In this document: piece by piece, positions 1 to 12,134 of the stretch | Layout: every line of letters begins with the position of its first letter | How positions within the stretch are numbered: position 1 is the first letter of the stretch | NCBI RefSeq assembly: GCF_004010195.1 | Contig: NW_025215149.1 | Location: 1 to 36,209 of the forward strand | Direction of reading: 5' to 3' | Source of the DNA: Chiloscyllium plagiosum | Lineage: Eukaryota | Length of the DNA stretch: 36,209 bases | The notes under the pieces: model-generated | Databases searched by the model: none | Seen by the model: only the letters and a program-made list of their open reading frames with translations | What the model was told of the DNA's origin: nothing | Position numbers and translations under genes: made by a program

Positions 1-1822
1 TGAATCCTTAGAAGAGCACAAAGGCAGTATGAGTATACTTAAGAGGGAAATCAGGAGGGCAAAAAGGGGGCATGAGATAACATTGGCAAATAGAATTAAG
101 GAGAATCCAAAAGGATTTTACAAAGACATTAAGGAAAATAGAGTAAAGAGGGAGAGAATAGGGTTCCCTCAAAGGTCAGCAAGGAGGCCTTTGTGTGCAG
201 CAAGGAGATAGGGGACATAATAAATGAGCATTTTACATCAATGTTTACTGTGGAAAATGACATGGAAGATATAGAATGTAGGGAAATAAATGGTGACATC
301 TTTGAAATGTTTATATTACAGAGGAGGATGTGCTGGATGTCTTGAAATGCATAAAAGTGGATAAATCCCCAGGACCTGATCAGGTGTACCCGAGAACTCT
401 GTGAGAAGCCAGGGAAATGCTTGCTGGGCTTGTTACTGAGATATTTGTATCATCGATAGTTACTGGTGAGGTGCCAGGCGACTGGAAGTTGGCGAATGTG
501 GTTCCACTGTTTAAGAAGGGTGGTAAGGACATGCCAGGGAACTATAGACTGTTCAGCGGTGGGCAAGTTGTTGGAGGGAACCCTGAGGGACAGGATGTAC
601 ATGTATTTGTAAAGACAAGGACTGATTAGGGATAGTCAACATTGCTTTGTGCGTGGGAAATCATGTCTCACAAACTTGATTGAGATTTTTGCAGAAGTAA
701 CAAAGAGGATTGATGAGGGCAGAGCGGTGGATGTGATCTATATGGACTTCAGTAAGACGTTCGACAAGGTTCCCCATGGGAGACTGGTTAGCCAGCTTAA
801 GATGTCATGGAATACAGGGAGAACTAGCCATTTGGATACAGAGCTGGCTCAAAGGTAGAAGACAGGTAGTGGTGGTGGAGGGTTGTTTTTCAGACTGGAG
901 GCCTGTGACCAGTGCAGTGCCACAAAGATTGGTGCTGGGTCCTCTACTTTTTGTCATTGACATAAATGATTTTGATGCAAGCATAAGAGGTACAGTTAGT
1001 AAGTTTGCAGATGACACCAAAATTGGAGGTACAGTGGACAGCGAAGAAGGTTATCTCGGATTGCAACAGGATCTTGATCAGCTGGGCCAATCGGCTCAGG
1101 AGTAGCTGATGGAGATTAATTTACATAAATGCGAGGTGCTGCATTTTGGGAAAGTAAGTCTTAGCAGGAGTTATACTCTTACTGGCGAGATCCTAGGGAA
1201 TGTTGCTGAACAAAGAGACCTTGGAGTGCAGTTTCCTTGTTCCTTGAAAGTAGAGTTACAGATAGATAAGATAGTGAAGTAGACGATTGGTGTGCTCTCC
1301 TTTATTGGTCAGAGTATTGAGTACAGGAGTTGGAAGGTCATGTTGTGCATCTACAGGAAGTATGTTGCTAGGGTTGGAGCATTTGAGCTGTAGGGAGAGC
1401 CTGAATAGGCCAGGGCTGTTTTCAGTGGAGAGTCGGAGGCTGAGGGGTGACCGTATAGAAGTTTATACAATCATGAAGGGCATGGATAGGGTAAATGGAC
1501 AAGGTGTTCTCCCTGGCGTCCAGAAGTAGAGGGCATACGTTAGGGTGAGAGGGGAAAGATATAAAAGAGACCTAAGGGACACCTTTTTCATGCAGAGGGT
1601 GGTATGTGTATGGACTGAGTTGCCAGAGCAAGTGTTGGAGGCTAGTACAATTGCAACATTTAAAAGGCATCTGGATGGGTATGTGATAGGAAGGGTTTGG
1701 AGGGATATGGCCTGGGTCCGGGCAGCTGGGACTAGTTTGGGTTGGGATATCTGGTCGGCATGGACGGGTTGGACCGAAGTGTCTGTTTTCCATGCTGTAC
1801 ATCCCTATGACTCTGTTACTCT
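1..1822 (+). mobile_element. CR1-clade LINE (HER1-like), 3' part of ORF2 (reverse transcriptase) plus 3' UTR; decayed, begins before the window
   Basis: ORF pieces carry CR1 RT motifs (VPGDWKLANVVPLFKKG, KSCLTNL, YMDFSKTFDKVPH, SKFADDTKIGG, RRLRGD). Frameshifts, stops and an internal deletion near 1350. Ends in a (ctatgact)-like tail at ~1806-1822. Confidence 0.95.
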
Positions 1823-1934
1823 AATTTAGAAATGACAATAATTTAACATGCACTGTCAAATAATAAATGTTTTATGTTATTAAATTGTAGCATACAGTAA
1901 GTTGAAAACTTGCAAATTTGAAAATGAATAATAA

Positions 1935-2085
1935 AGAATGAAGAACAAAGAAAATTCCAGCACAGGAGCAGGCCCTTCAGCCCTCCAAGCCTGTACCGAT
2001 CCAGATCCTCTGTCTAAACCTGCCGCCTATTTTTCTGCTACCTGCCCATTCATGTATCTGTCTAGATATATCTTAAATGATGCTC
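1935..2085 (-). mobile_element. CR1 LINE 3' end fragment
   Basis: Antisense CR1 tail: agaacaaagaaaattccagcacaggagcaggcccttcagccc. Confidence 0.7.
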
Positions 2086-4805
2086 CCACATAATACTCCA
2101 AATATGCTCCATCCAGAGCCTTGTAAAAACTCAGAAATCCATCCCTGCTTTAATATTCAAGTCCTCTCAAAATAAATGCCATCATTGTATTTGTCTTTCT
2201 GACCGGATAGGCTACCCGAAACAATGAATGTATGATGGACATTAATAAACTTATCATGAAGTTACAAAAATGAACAGTGATTAAAGCATTCTGGTAAATG
2301 GATCCCAGCATTGTCTAAAGTCTCTGTGCTAATCCACATGCTGCAGAATCCATACAGGCTGCAGCTCCCTACAGACGGTTTGCAAACAAACCTGACAGCT
2401 ACAGACCCTGCAATACCCTCCAGAAGATAGACTTTAATGGCACATTGGAATATCGCCCTTGGGCCATCAATATGCCAACGCCTGGTTGAGTATGATTGAT
2501 CAGGGTAAATGAACCTGATCATTCCATTGGCAGAGTCTCCAAAACCTCCCAAGGGCTTGAAGACTTGGAAGGATAAGAATCACCTCAAAACCCCACAGAG
2601 TGCGGTAACTGAAGAATAACCACTGAGAAAGAAGACAACTCCAAGACCATTGGAAGAATAAGAAGGCCATCACCATGTGGAGCCTGGCCAAGTTCTAGTG
2701 TGGTGGTACACAATCAACCAAAGTTAAGTAAAAGCATAAGACAGTTTGCAGTATTTTTCATTAATTTATAGTAAACATTATTGTACTAACATTTACTGTG
2801 CTCAATAAACAAATATTATTGTTTGTAAGAGTTGACTCACAGTCCTTTTGCTGAATAGAAGACTTTAAACTCACTGTGCGGCAGATACACCTTCCTAACT
2901 ATTCACTCAACCTGCAAGTTTACCTTGAGACATTCCTGTGCAAGAACTCGAAACTCAGTTTGCACTTCAGACTTCTGAAGTTTCTTTTCATTTATGAAAT
3001 AGTCCATGTCTCTCTTCCTCCTCACAAAGTGTATCACCTCACGCTTTCCCAAGATGTACTCCATCTGCCACTTCTTTTCTCACTCTCCTATTCTATCTCA
3101 ATCCTTCTGCAGCCTCCCTGCCTCTTCATTGCTACCTGTCCCTTTACCTACCTTTGTATCATCTAAAAGCCTACCCAGAATGTACAAAATAAAAAATTGC
3201 AGTCCCAACACTGAGCTTTGTGGAACACCAGTTATCATCGGCTGCTATCCTGAGAAGGCCCCTTTTATCCTCACTCTCTACTTGCTGCCAGACAGCCAAG
3301 CTTCTGCACACATTAGTACCTTGCCTCTAACAAAATGGGACCTTATTTTACTCAGCAGCCTCCTGTGTGGCACCTTGTCAAAGTCCATCTTGAGGTCCAG
3401 GTGGATAACATCCACTGGCTTTCCTTTGTCTCACTTGCTTGTTGCATCCTCAAATAAATCTTACAGATTTATGAGGCATGAAGTCTCCTTGATGAAACCA
3501 TACTGACTTTACCCTATTTTACAATTCACCTGCAAGTATTCAGAAATCTCATCCTTCATAATGGATTCCAGGATCTTACACATGACTGAGGTTAGGCTAA
3601 TCAATCTGTCACTTTCTGCCTTTTGCCTTATTCCCTGTTTAAAGAGGGTGTCATGTTATCAACTTTCTCGTCTTCTGAGACTCTCCCTGATTCTAGAAAT
3701 TCATGAAAGATCACCACAAATGTCTCCATTATTTCTTCAGCTATCTCCCTTGGCACTCTGCGATATCGTCCATCTGGTCCAGTTTATTTACCCATTTAGT
3801 TTTTCGAGCAACTTCTCCTAATAAGCTCTGTCCCCTCGCTATCTTGAATTTGTGGGATACTATTCGTGTCCTTCACTGTGAAAACTGACATGAAATAATT
3901 GTTCAGTTTCTCAGCCATTATTTGTTCCCCATTACTATATCTCCAGCATTGTTTTCAGCGTCCCAATGTCCATTTCTGCCTCTCTTCTGTCCTCTACATA
4001 TCTAAAGAAGCTCTTACAGTATTCTTTTATATTACTAGCTAGCTTACCCTCGTATTTAACCTTCTTCCTCCTATATCTTATTTTGTTGCCCTGTATGGGT
4101 ATTTGTAAGCTTCCAAATCCTCTGGTTTCCACTGGCATTTGCCATGTTTAATGATTTCTCTTTTGCTTTTACGCTAACCCTGATTTCCCCTGTCATCCAT
4201 TGTTGCCTCATCCTCCCTATACCATGCTTCTTTTCGCTTGGGATGAATTTCTGCTGTGTCTCCTGACTTACATCCAGAAACTCCCCCCCATTACTGTTCC
4301 TTTCCTGCTAGTCTACTCTCCCAGTCAAATCAGCCCAGTTCCTCTCTCATGTCTTTGTAGTTGCTTTTATTCAGTGGTAATATTGTGAACTCTGATTCTA
4401 TCTTCACCCTATTAAATTGAAGAGTAGGTTCAATGATATTATGTTCACTGCATCATAAAGCTTTCTTTACCTTAAGCTCCCTTATCAAGTCTGCCTCATT
4501 GCACAATTCTAAATCCAGTATTGCCTGTTCCCCCATTGCACCATAAGCTGTTCCAAAACGCCATCTTGTAGACATTCCACAAATTCCATTTGTTGCAAAA
4601 CACTACCAACCTGATTTGCCCAGTCCACCTGCATATTGAAATCCCCCCAATCACTGTAACTTTGCCTTTCCTACACATCTTTCCTACCTCCTGATGTGTC
4701 CTCCGCCCCAGCTCCTGACTATGATTTGTAGGCCTCCAACTATGGTTTTTCACCTTTTCCATTCCTCAATTGTAACCACACAGGTTCTACACCATCTGTA
4801 CCTAC
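2086..4805 (-). mobile_element. CR1 LINE ORF2 (endonuclease to RT), decayed, interrupted by a solo LTR at 2200-2889
   Basis: Minus-strand translations give KYEGKLASNIKEYCKSFFRYV (3935-4138) and endonuclease-region residues KGKVTVIGG (4496-4762). CR1 sequence resumes at 2890 where it stopped at 2199. Confidence 0.9.
2200..2889 (+). mobile_element. Solo LTR (690 bp) of an LTR retrotransposon/ERV, inserted in a CR1
   Basis: Begins TG (2200), ends CA (2889). Flanked by a near-perfect 5-bp TSD (ctttc 2195-2199, ccttc 2890-2894). AATAAA at 2804-2809. Cleanly splits the host CR1. Confidence 0.75.
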
Positions 4806-4859
4806 TTTGAGTTTTGGGAATTGAGTGATGGAATATAAAACATTTTAGCATTGTCACAA

Positions 4860-5810
4860 GTTCAGAGTTGAGACATTGATTAAAGATATTAAATTGTCAA
4901 TTCCATTGGCCACAATATTTATTTGGCCAAATATTCTGTCTGTATTAGGGAAGAATGCAGACATTTGAAACTGTTGTAAAGGAAGGTATGAAGAGGACAT
5001 GAGTCTATAAATAGATTAAGGTGGGTCAAGTGAACAGACAAATATTGTTGTATGCAGCATTGTAAGCAAAACTGTCTGTGCGCTCAAAGATGTTGGCGGG
5101 TAGCATTGAAAGGCAGTGTATTATTTCAAAGGAGAGATTGGGTTGGGGCACAGAGGAACCGGGCACTTGGATTACAAAATAAAACCTTTAGGTGTACATA
5201 AAGTTTTAAGGGAGGTAAGATAAATGTAGAAACTTGCTCAAACAGAATACATTCAAAATTAGGGAAGATTTTCCACAGTTTTGCAGGATAGTGGCGAGTC
5301 CACATCGAGAGAGTGATGGCCATAATGACATGCAAATCAGTTCAGAGAAGATTCACTCAATTAACTCCTGTGAGGAACGTTTATTTTTGTAGGAAATCTT
5401 GAACTGACTGACTCTGGATCTGCTGGAGTTTAGGCGAACAACATGTGACCTTGGTAACCCCAGAATATTCCAAGTAGTCTTTTCAATTTGAACTCTGAAA
5501 CAATATTTCAGCTTGTGAGATAGATTACTAGGAGTGGATGGACAATAAAACAGAAGAATATCTCAATAAAGAAGATGTTGGTTGTTTTAATCCACTCAAA
5601 GTGTGTGTTTGTGAACTCTCTTCCTAGGTAGCAATGAAGGATAAGACATTGAATATTCCTAAGGCAGAGGCAGGCAGATTCTTGACTAAGAGTGACGCAC
5701 TAACGTTGTAAGGGCAAAGGAGGAATGTGTGATTGAGGTCACAATCAGATCATCTACGATTTATCGCATGACAGATTGGTGACTTACTCCTAATGCTAGT
5801 TTCGACATTT
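4860..5810 (+). mobile_element. Very old CR1 LINE 3' fragment
   Basis: Degenerate CR1 RT/3' landmarks (gcacagaggaacc, gttcagagaagattcact, ctggagtttagg, attcctaaggcagag) in the expected order; no ORF. Confidence 0.6.
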
Positions 5811-6339
5811 CTGTTGATTTTTAATTACTGAAAAATTATGAGACGATTCTCATGAACATGCAGACTTCTCCTTTCAAGTACTGGTCACAACCTTCCACAT
5901 GTGACTTTTAAACAGCCCTGGAAAAAGCACTCAGGAAAGTTTCATGGTTTTGGAGAAAGATCAGGAGCATAGGGCAAAGTGAAAGCCTCCCTTGAAACTG
6001 CTTTAGAAATCAGATTGTGTCGGATGGATGTCTTTAATAGTACAGATTCCTTTCAGTTTTTCTTGGGAGGTGAGTTTCGTTAGCAAGGCCGGCACTCTGT
6101 GGCTTATGTCTAATTGCTATTCAGAATATAGTGCTAAACCCCAGGGTTTTTCGTGGTGCAGGGACACGAACAGGTATGTTACAAAAAGAGAAACGGGGTT
6201 CTGAACCATTTGATAGTGAAGGGAGAATGATATAGCTTCAAGTTGGTGTGCTGTGTGACCTTGGAGATTGTATTCTTCACCATTTGATGCTCACAATCTA
6301 TGGAAATAGTGATACTACATTCTCTGATTTCAACAATTT

Positions 6340-6520
6340 AAGTGATAGTGTCACACAGCATACAAACAGGCCATTCAGCCCAATACATCTACGACAGCCA
6401 GAAAACACCAACCTACGTTAATCCCAGTTACCCGAAGATCATTAATCTACTATGCCCTTGCATTTGTGCTTAAATGCTGCGTTATCTTATAATATCCATG
6501 ACTTGAGCTTTTTTGTTCTT
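6340..6520 (-). mobile_element. CR1/HE1-type 3' tail fragment
   Basis: cacagcatacaaacaggccattcagcccaa matches the antisense tail seen in other CR1 copies in this window. Confidence 0.55.
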
Positions 6521-6644
6521 TCACTATATGTTCAAAATGGGTTCCTGGAAATAGATTACACAATTTCAAAGGCAGCGACAAACCCATCAGACCAATAAAA
6601 TGTCTACATTGTTCAATAATTATTAGAAAGTCGGATTGTCTTTT

Positions 6645-6860
6645 CAATTCGTTTGGGATTTTAACGGAGCTTGACCAGCATTAATTGCCCTTGAGATGTT
6701 CCAGTCCAGTTGGTGTTAGTCCATCCAAGTGGCAGTTGAGAGGGAGTGCCAGCAGTGCATCTCTTGTGCTTAGTTAGCTGGGAGTAAATATTACTGGTGG
6801 TGGTTAAACATCGCCATGCTGCGATGAACAGCTCGCCGGAAAACACAGGAAAACTGAGTT
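6645..6860 (-). mobile_element. Decayed SINE/LINE 3' end (ccagcattaattgcccttgag tail family)
   Basis: Same tail motif as the SINEs at 10383-10830 and 19151-19500. Confidence 0.45.
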
Positions 6861-7229
6861 AATCTCAAAGCGAACGTATGGGATGGAATTTATTATTTTT
6901 CAGAGAACTAGCAACCTTACAGATACGAGTCTATGTAATAATGAAGGGAAGTCTTTTTCTATGTTATTGGTTTACTTAAAATAATGGTGCCAAACAGCTG
7001 GAATAACGTTAGTGCTTTTGATGGACGATGCCTGCACTGAGTATGTGAATTATCTTGAATGTTTTCAGAGATGGCTGGGATGTCCTAGGTTGAGTAAGTA
7101 CTGATACTCTATAGGATGATGCTGGTTTGTAATCTCGCCACTTACTGAGCACAGTTCGATGGAACAAACTAAAAAGTCCCGTTGGCTCATGCTTCAGAAT
7201 ATATCAGAGCTTTCATGGCTGCCACCACA

Positions 7230-7800
7230 TGGAATCATGTAATAAAGACAAGGCCCATCGAGTCTGCACCACCCAGTGCTGATACAAGTGGTTTTATAAA
7301 GTTTGTGAGGTTACATTCCTAAACCGTCCACCCAGGCAATGCATTCTTGACACATCTCATCCTCTGGGTTCAAAACAGGTTCCACAAATCCTCTCTTAGT
7401 ATCTTCGCTTTCATTTCAAACGTATGTACCCTTGCTTTTGACCCTTTGACTAAGGGGAACAGCTGTTGTCTGTTCACTCTGCCCATACCTCTCATGCTTT
7501 TATACACCTCTGTTAGGTTCAACCCTCACCCTTCTCTGCTCCAAAAGCAAATCTAGCCTATCTTCATGGTTTGGCTTCTCTCTTGTCTTGTTACATCTTC
7601 CAAAGTGCAGCAATTCACATATTTCAGTGTTACTTTTATCAGCCATTGATCTGGCCATCTGAACAATCCGTTTGTACCCTCCTGTACACTAACACGTTCC
7701 TGCTCACTGTGATCCACCCGGTTAATCATTGTGTCATCCATAACATGGTTTATCATCGTCCAATATCCCCACCATCTCCCACATTCTTATCATCAGCATT
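7230..7800 (-). mobile_element. Old CR1 LINE 3' fragment
   Basis: Antisense tail aggcccatcgagtctgcacc, then ttgacccttgactaaggggaacagc and ttttatacacctct, typical of the CR1 ORF2 C-terminus. Confidence 0.6.
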
Positions 7801-8599
7801 TATGAATTTCAGAAACAAACCTTGATTTTCTTCCTGTTCTACAGATGTTGTTGCAGAATTGGCAATTCCAGTCTCTTGTTTACCCTATTTTGATAAATTT
7901 ACAGCGTGAATCAGTTGTGGTATTTTGTGAGTGAGCCACAAATAACATTTTAGGCATGGAGCTGAATTCTGCTTTAATACCCCGCCCCTCCGCATGTATT
8001 ATTCATAAGGCTTGGAAAGCAAAAACCTTGGATTAGCTTTTGGCACTTTGCCCTGCAAAATTTCCATTTGATGTGGGCCTGGAGTTTATTCTTTACAATA
8101 TTTGCTGCAGTAGTCAGAGCTTTAGCAGTAGTCAGAGAAAGATCTTTTTCATCTGCAGGATGGACACAGGCTCATTCATTAATTTTGTTTGAAAGTGCTA
8201 AACCAATGATGATAGAGGTTGATTTAAATTCGGGATTATAACCACAATACAGAAGATCAATTCACGTTCTCATTTCTACATTGAATTGGAAGCAAACTAA
8301 AAGAACAAACACCCACCGATTTGAGCATTGTTTAAAAAGTGATGTCATTGAGTAATGCATTAAGGAAGACCATACATCAATTTTCTTTTGAATATTATGA
8401 GGACATTGTTCAAACAAACAATGTTCTTGTATTTTGCTCCTTATTCTTTTAATTGATTTTCCAATGTAATTTGAGGTGAGATCAGAGTGACTTCCCTTTC
8501 AGTTGAAGCAGGACTTGACTGAGGGTGGGCCCTGAGTAAAACTGTGATTAATGGGAATTAGAGAACATTTTGCACTCGTAATGGGAACAATGGGAAATG

Positions 8600-8840
8600 C
8601 AGTCTCTTCAAGGTACCTTCCAAGTTGCATGTCATCCTGACTAGGGAATAATTTGCTGTTCCTTCACAAGAATATGTTAGAAATCTTGGAATTCTCCTAA
8701 AAACAGCTCTGTGTGGATCTGCATCACTTTGGATTGAAGATGTAAAACAGGGCAACTCTGTGTCTCTTAGTTCAGAACCATTGGGGATGACAAATAAACT
8801 CTGCCCTTGCTAGTGCCTTCCCAAACCCCGGATGAATATG
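8600..8840 (+). mobile_element. L2/CR1-superfamily LINE 3' end fragment
   Basis: Ends ggggatgacaaataaactctgcccttgctagtg...gatgaat, a degenerate version of the tail shared with the SINE at 19151-19500. Confidence 0.5.
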
Positions 8841-9124
8841 TCCAGTGACATCAGGAGCATGATAAGACATTGATAACAATTGGGATCAGTACTTCAATCA
8901 GTTACTTTCAGAGGATTGATCGTATGATGTCATAACCACCGAGTTCAACATTTTCAAAACGCATTATGTCAGTGGCAATAAATTATCGGTATTTAGGGAG
9001 CTGTCACGCACAGAGTTTTTAATTTTTCATTCAAAAACCATAACCAAATACTTGAGAGTCAACAGAAATGGCAGCTTCACTGTTCCCTTTCAGATCAGGC
9101 AACTATCCACAGTCCAAAAGAGTA

Positions 9125-9330
9125 ACTACGTTGAAAGTGCTGGAAAATCATAACAGGTTCTGAGCAGAGAGAAACACAATTAACCTTTTGAGTCCAATAT
9201 AAGTTTTTCAGAAGAGAATCATATCATACTCAATATGCTCCCTATGCTTCTCCCTCCACAGCCTGAAACATCTGTGGGGTTTTGTCCCTGTTTACTGTTT
9301 GCATTTCAGGTTTATATTTTCCACAGTATT
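9125..9330. mobile_element. Penelope-like terminal fragment in inverted (tail-to-tail) arrangement
   Basis: The left arm (gtgctggaaaatc...gagagaaacacaattaacc) and right arm (cttctccctccacag...tgtttgcatttcagg) are degenerate reverse complements. Confidence 0.5.
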
Positions 9331-9354
9331 CCCGAGCACAGTGACTTCGTTCGG

Positions 9355-9663
9355 CGGGGGGGGCAGGGGGAGGGGGCATGTTGTCTCAGGCATTAGCATG
9401 GCTATCTCTCAGTACCAGGGACCCCGTTTGGGGAGGGGAGGGGGAGGGGGCATGGTGTCTCAGTGGTTACCACGGCTATCTCACAGTACCTGGGACCCGG
9501 TTTGGGAGTTGGGGAGCGGGGGAGGGGGCATGGTGTCGCAGTTGTTAGCACGGATGTCCCACAGTACCAGGGACCCGGTTTGGGGGTGGGGGGTATGGTG
9601 TCTCAGTGGTTAGCACAGCTGTCTCACAGTATCCGGGACCCCGTTAGGGGGGAGGGGGAGGAT
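9355..9663 (+). repeat. Tandem array of four truncated tRNA-derived SINE heads separated by G-rich spacers
   Basis: Unit catggtgtctcagtggttagcacagctgtctcacagtaccagggacccggtttg plus G-tracts. Cores start at ~9377, 9451, 9529 and 9594; the fifth (9665) continues into a full SINE. Confidence 0.9.
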
Positions 9664-9980
9664 GCATGGTGTCTCAGTGGTTAGCACAGCTGTCTCGCAG
9701 GACCAGGAATACAGTTTGCTTCCACCCTCAGAACTGTTTGTACTGAATTTTGACATTCTCCCCGGTTCTGCTAGTGTTTCCTCCAGGTGCTCCAGGTTCC
9801 TCCCACAGTCCAAACTATGTTAAATTACCCATCATGTCCAGCTAGGTGTGTTAGCTATGGGAAATGCCGGGATAGGGTAGGAAACAGGTTAGCCAATGGA
9901 AGTGCAGAAGTAGAGTATGAGGTGGTTCAGGGCGTAATGCTCTGCAGAGGGTCAGTGTGGACTCAATGGGCCAATGTCCC
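9664..9980 (+). mobile_element. HE1-type V-SINE
   Basis: tRNA-like head with A box, V-domain core (tttcctccaggtgctccaggttcctcccacagtccaaa) and CR1-like tail (ggactcaatgggcc). Confidence 0.85.
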
Positions 9981-10014
9981 ATAAAATAAAGAAAAGGTTA
10001 AATCAAACAAAGTA

Positions 10015-10140
10015 AGTTACTGGCGATCTGAAGCAAAAATAATCAGAATGCTGGGTAAACGGAGCAGTTTTGGCAGCCTCCGTCGTGAGAAAAACAGAGT
10101 TCACATTTGAAATCCACTCACCATGCATCAGATCTGAAAG
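10015..10140 (-). mobile_element. Penelope-like terminal fragment
   Basis: gaatgctgggtaaacggagcagttttggcagc...gagaaaaacagagtt, same family as 19530-19660. Confidence 0.6.
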
Positions 10141-10382
10141 CAGCTGGGAAATAGTATAATGTGTGTTGGTGGAATGATTGGAACATGTGGAGAAATAGAG
10201 CGATAAAAAAAGTATTTTTGATAATCAGCTGCGATGGAAATAAAATGTGAGATTATTTTCATGTATTTTTCACCTTTTCCCATATTCCTGAGTATCATGC
10301 ACATGTAGGTATATATCCAAGTCCCTGTTTCAAGTGAGGTCTGTCCCCTCTGTCTCTCTTTCCTGAGTGTGGACGTCTTTCC

Positions 10383-10830
10383 TTCATTAATGGGACATGG
10401 GTGTTGGGGTGGCTGGACCAGCATTTATTTCTCTTTCCGAGTTGCTCTCAAGAAGCTGTTGTGGAACTGCCTTTCTGAACCCATGCACTTCGATGTGCTG
10501 TCGGCTGCCAGTGCTCAGGTCTGTCTGGTTTCACTTCTTTGATAAGTTGTAGGGTGATATTTGAATGTCTGCCTTGGCCATTGCAAAGGGCATTTGAGAG
10601 TCTGCCATTGCTGAGAGCCTGGAGTAACATGTAAGTCAGACCAGTGAAAATAGCAAGTTTCCTCTGGAGGGCACTAGTGAGCCAGGGTTTTTTTTAGTTT
10701 TGACAGCCATCAATATTTAATTAGATTGCTAATTCCAAATATTTTATTGAATTCAAATTCCACCATCTGTTGTCGTGGGTTTGAAGTCCGGGTTTGGGTC
10801 ATTGTGTGAGGTACTTAGCAGGCTGAATGA
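10383..10830 (-). mobile_element. tRNA-derived SINE with an L2/CR1-type tail (second SINE family)
   Basis: Antisense tail (tgggacatgggtg...ccagcatttatt), body (gagtaacatgtaagtcagaccag) and antisense B-box region (ttcaaattccaccatctgttgtcgtgggtttgaa). Homologous to the + copy at 19151-19500. Confidence 0.7.
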
Positions 10831-10949
10831 CATCAATCTCTTCCTGCATAAATCCTTAGAGGGCAGAATGGTCTCCCCCTGTCTCACTATAACGATGCTG
10901 ACTGGCGGAATGGGATCTTCCTTTATCTCTTGAATATTACTGAGTGCAT

Positions 10950-11584
10950 GAGAGAACAACACATGAGGCAGGATCATCAGCTGGTCATTCAGCCCGTCGT
11001 GCCTGCTGCACCATTCAGAATGTGTATTGTTGATGTGATTGTAACTAACACCCCTTTCTTCTCTGTTCCCAATAAAAATAGATTCTCTTGTTCATCAAAG
11101 TTCTATGATAATCAACCTTGATTATTTTCAGTAACCCAGTCTTCACTGCTACTTCGGCACGAGAATACCACAGATCACAGAATCTTAAAGAGAAAGGAAC
11201 ATCCCTGTCTCAGTCTGAAATGGGAAGGCCCTTAGTCTCAAAATGTGTTACTCTCAAACAAATCGCCACTCTTTTGAGATAAAAAGGGATCATAATTAGG
11301 AACAGATATTGACCATTCAGTGTCTGAAACCTGCCCATATTCCCATTAACTCTCCTAAATCACATACTTATCAATTTGAATCTCCACTGAACTTGCGGGA
11401 AGACAATTCCAGGCACCACAAGATCATATCAGCATGAGACACCAGCAGAATTAAGCCATCCAGCATATCTAATCTGCCATGGCATTTGATCACCGCAGAA
11501 ATATTTCTCAACTCCATTCTCCTGCCTCTCCGACTGACCATTGATTGCTTATTAATAAAAATTATATATCTCTGTATTAAAGAC
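10950..11584 (-). mobile_element. Stack of three old CR1 3'-end fragments
   Basis: Three successive antisense tails start near 10965, 11295 and 11430 (ggtcattcagccc, gaccattcagtg, agccatccagc). Confidence 0.6.
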
Positions 11585-11705
11585 ATTGTCTGTGCCTGTC
11601 CGTGGGGTGTGTGTTCGTGTGTTGGTGTGTAACTGTCCATATCCACGTGCGTATCTCTGTGTGCATATGTTATGTGTGTTCGTGTCAGAATCTAAGTTCG
11701 TGTGC
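11585..11705. repeat. Degenerate (GT)-rich microsatellite
   Basis: tgtgtg-rich low-complexity tract. Confidence 0.7.
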
Positions 11706-11805
11706 ACCATTGTCTACTTTTTTTTTGCAATGTTGTTTTTGAAGAAAATACATTGAAATTGGAATCAGTCTCTTTCCTGCTCTCTCTCTGTCTGTTCCCT
11801 TTGTT

Positions 11806-12134
11806 CATAGAGTTCATAGAATCCCTTCGGCCCTTCGGCCCAACACATCCTTACTGACCCTTCGAAGAGTAACACACCCAGACCCGTTCCCCTACTATCC
11901 TACGTTTAATCATGACTAATGCCCCTAATCTACACATCTCCAGGCATTACGGGCAATTTAGTTTGGCCAATTCACCTAACCTGTAATATCTTTGGACTGT
12001 GGGTGGAAACCGAAGCACCCGGAGAAAACTCACGTAGACACAGGGAGAATGTGAAAACTCCGTACAGTCAGTTCCCGAGGGTGAAATTGAACCCGGTTGC
12101 CTCGCGCTGTGAGTCAGCAGTGAGAACCACTGAG
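11806..12134 (-). mobile_element. HE1-type V-SINE
   Basis: Antisense V-domain (tttggactgtgggtggaaaccgaagcacccggagaaaac), antisense head (gctgtgagtcagcagtgagaaccactgag) and tail (ggcccttcggcccaac). Confidence 0.9.

Noticed and set aside
9009..9039. V(D)J RSS-like cacagag...tcaaaaacc
   Set aside because: Spacer is 15 nt, not 12 or 23, and no V, D or J segment is adjacent.
9299..9684. Gly-rich ORFs (also 12256-12552)
   Set aside because: They arise from G-tracts and SINE heads; no ATG start or splice support.
9664..9730. Functional tRNA gene (also at 12070-12134 and 27311-27380)
   Set aside because: The tRNA-like A/B boxes run directly into the V-SINE core and no full cloverleaf forms.
11770..11810. 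Strong polypyrimidine tract plus AG as an exon start of an upstream paralogue
   Set aside because: It is followed directly by an antisense HE1 SINE tail, and no GPCR coding sequence is recognisable after the SINE.
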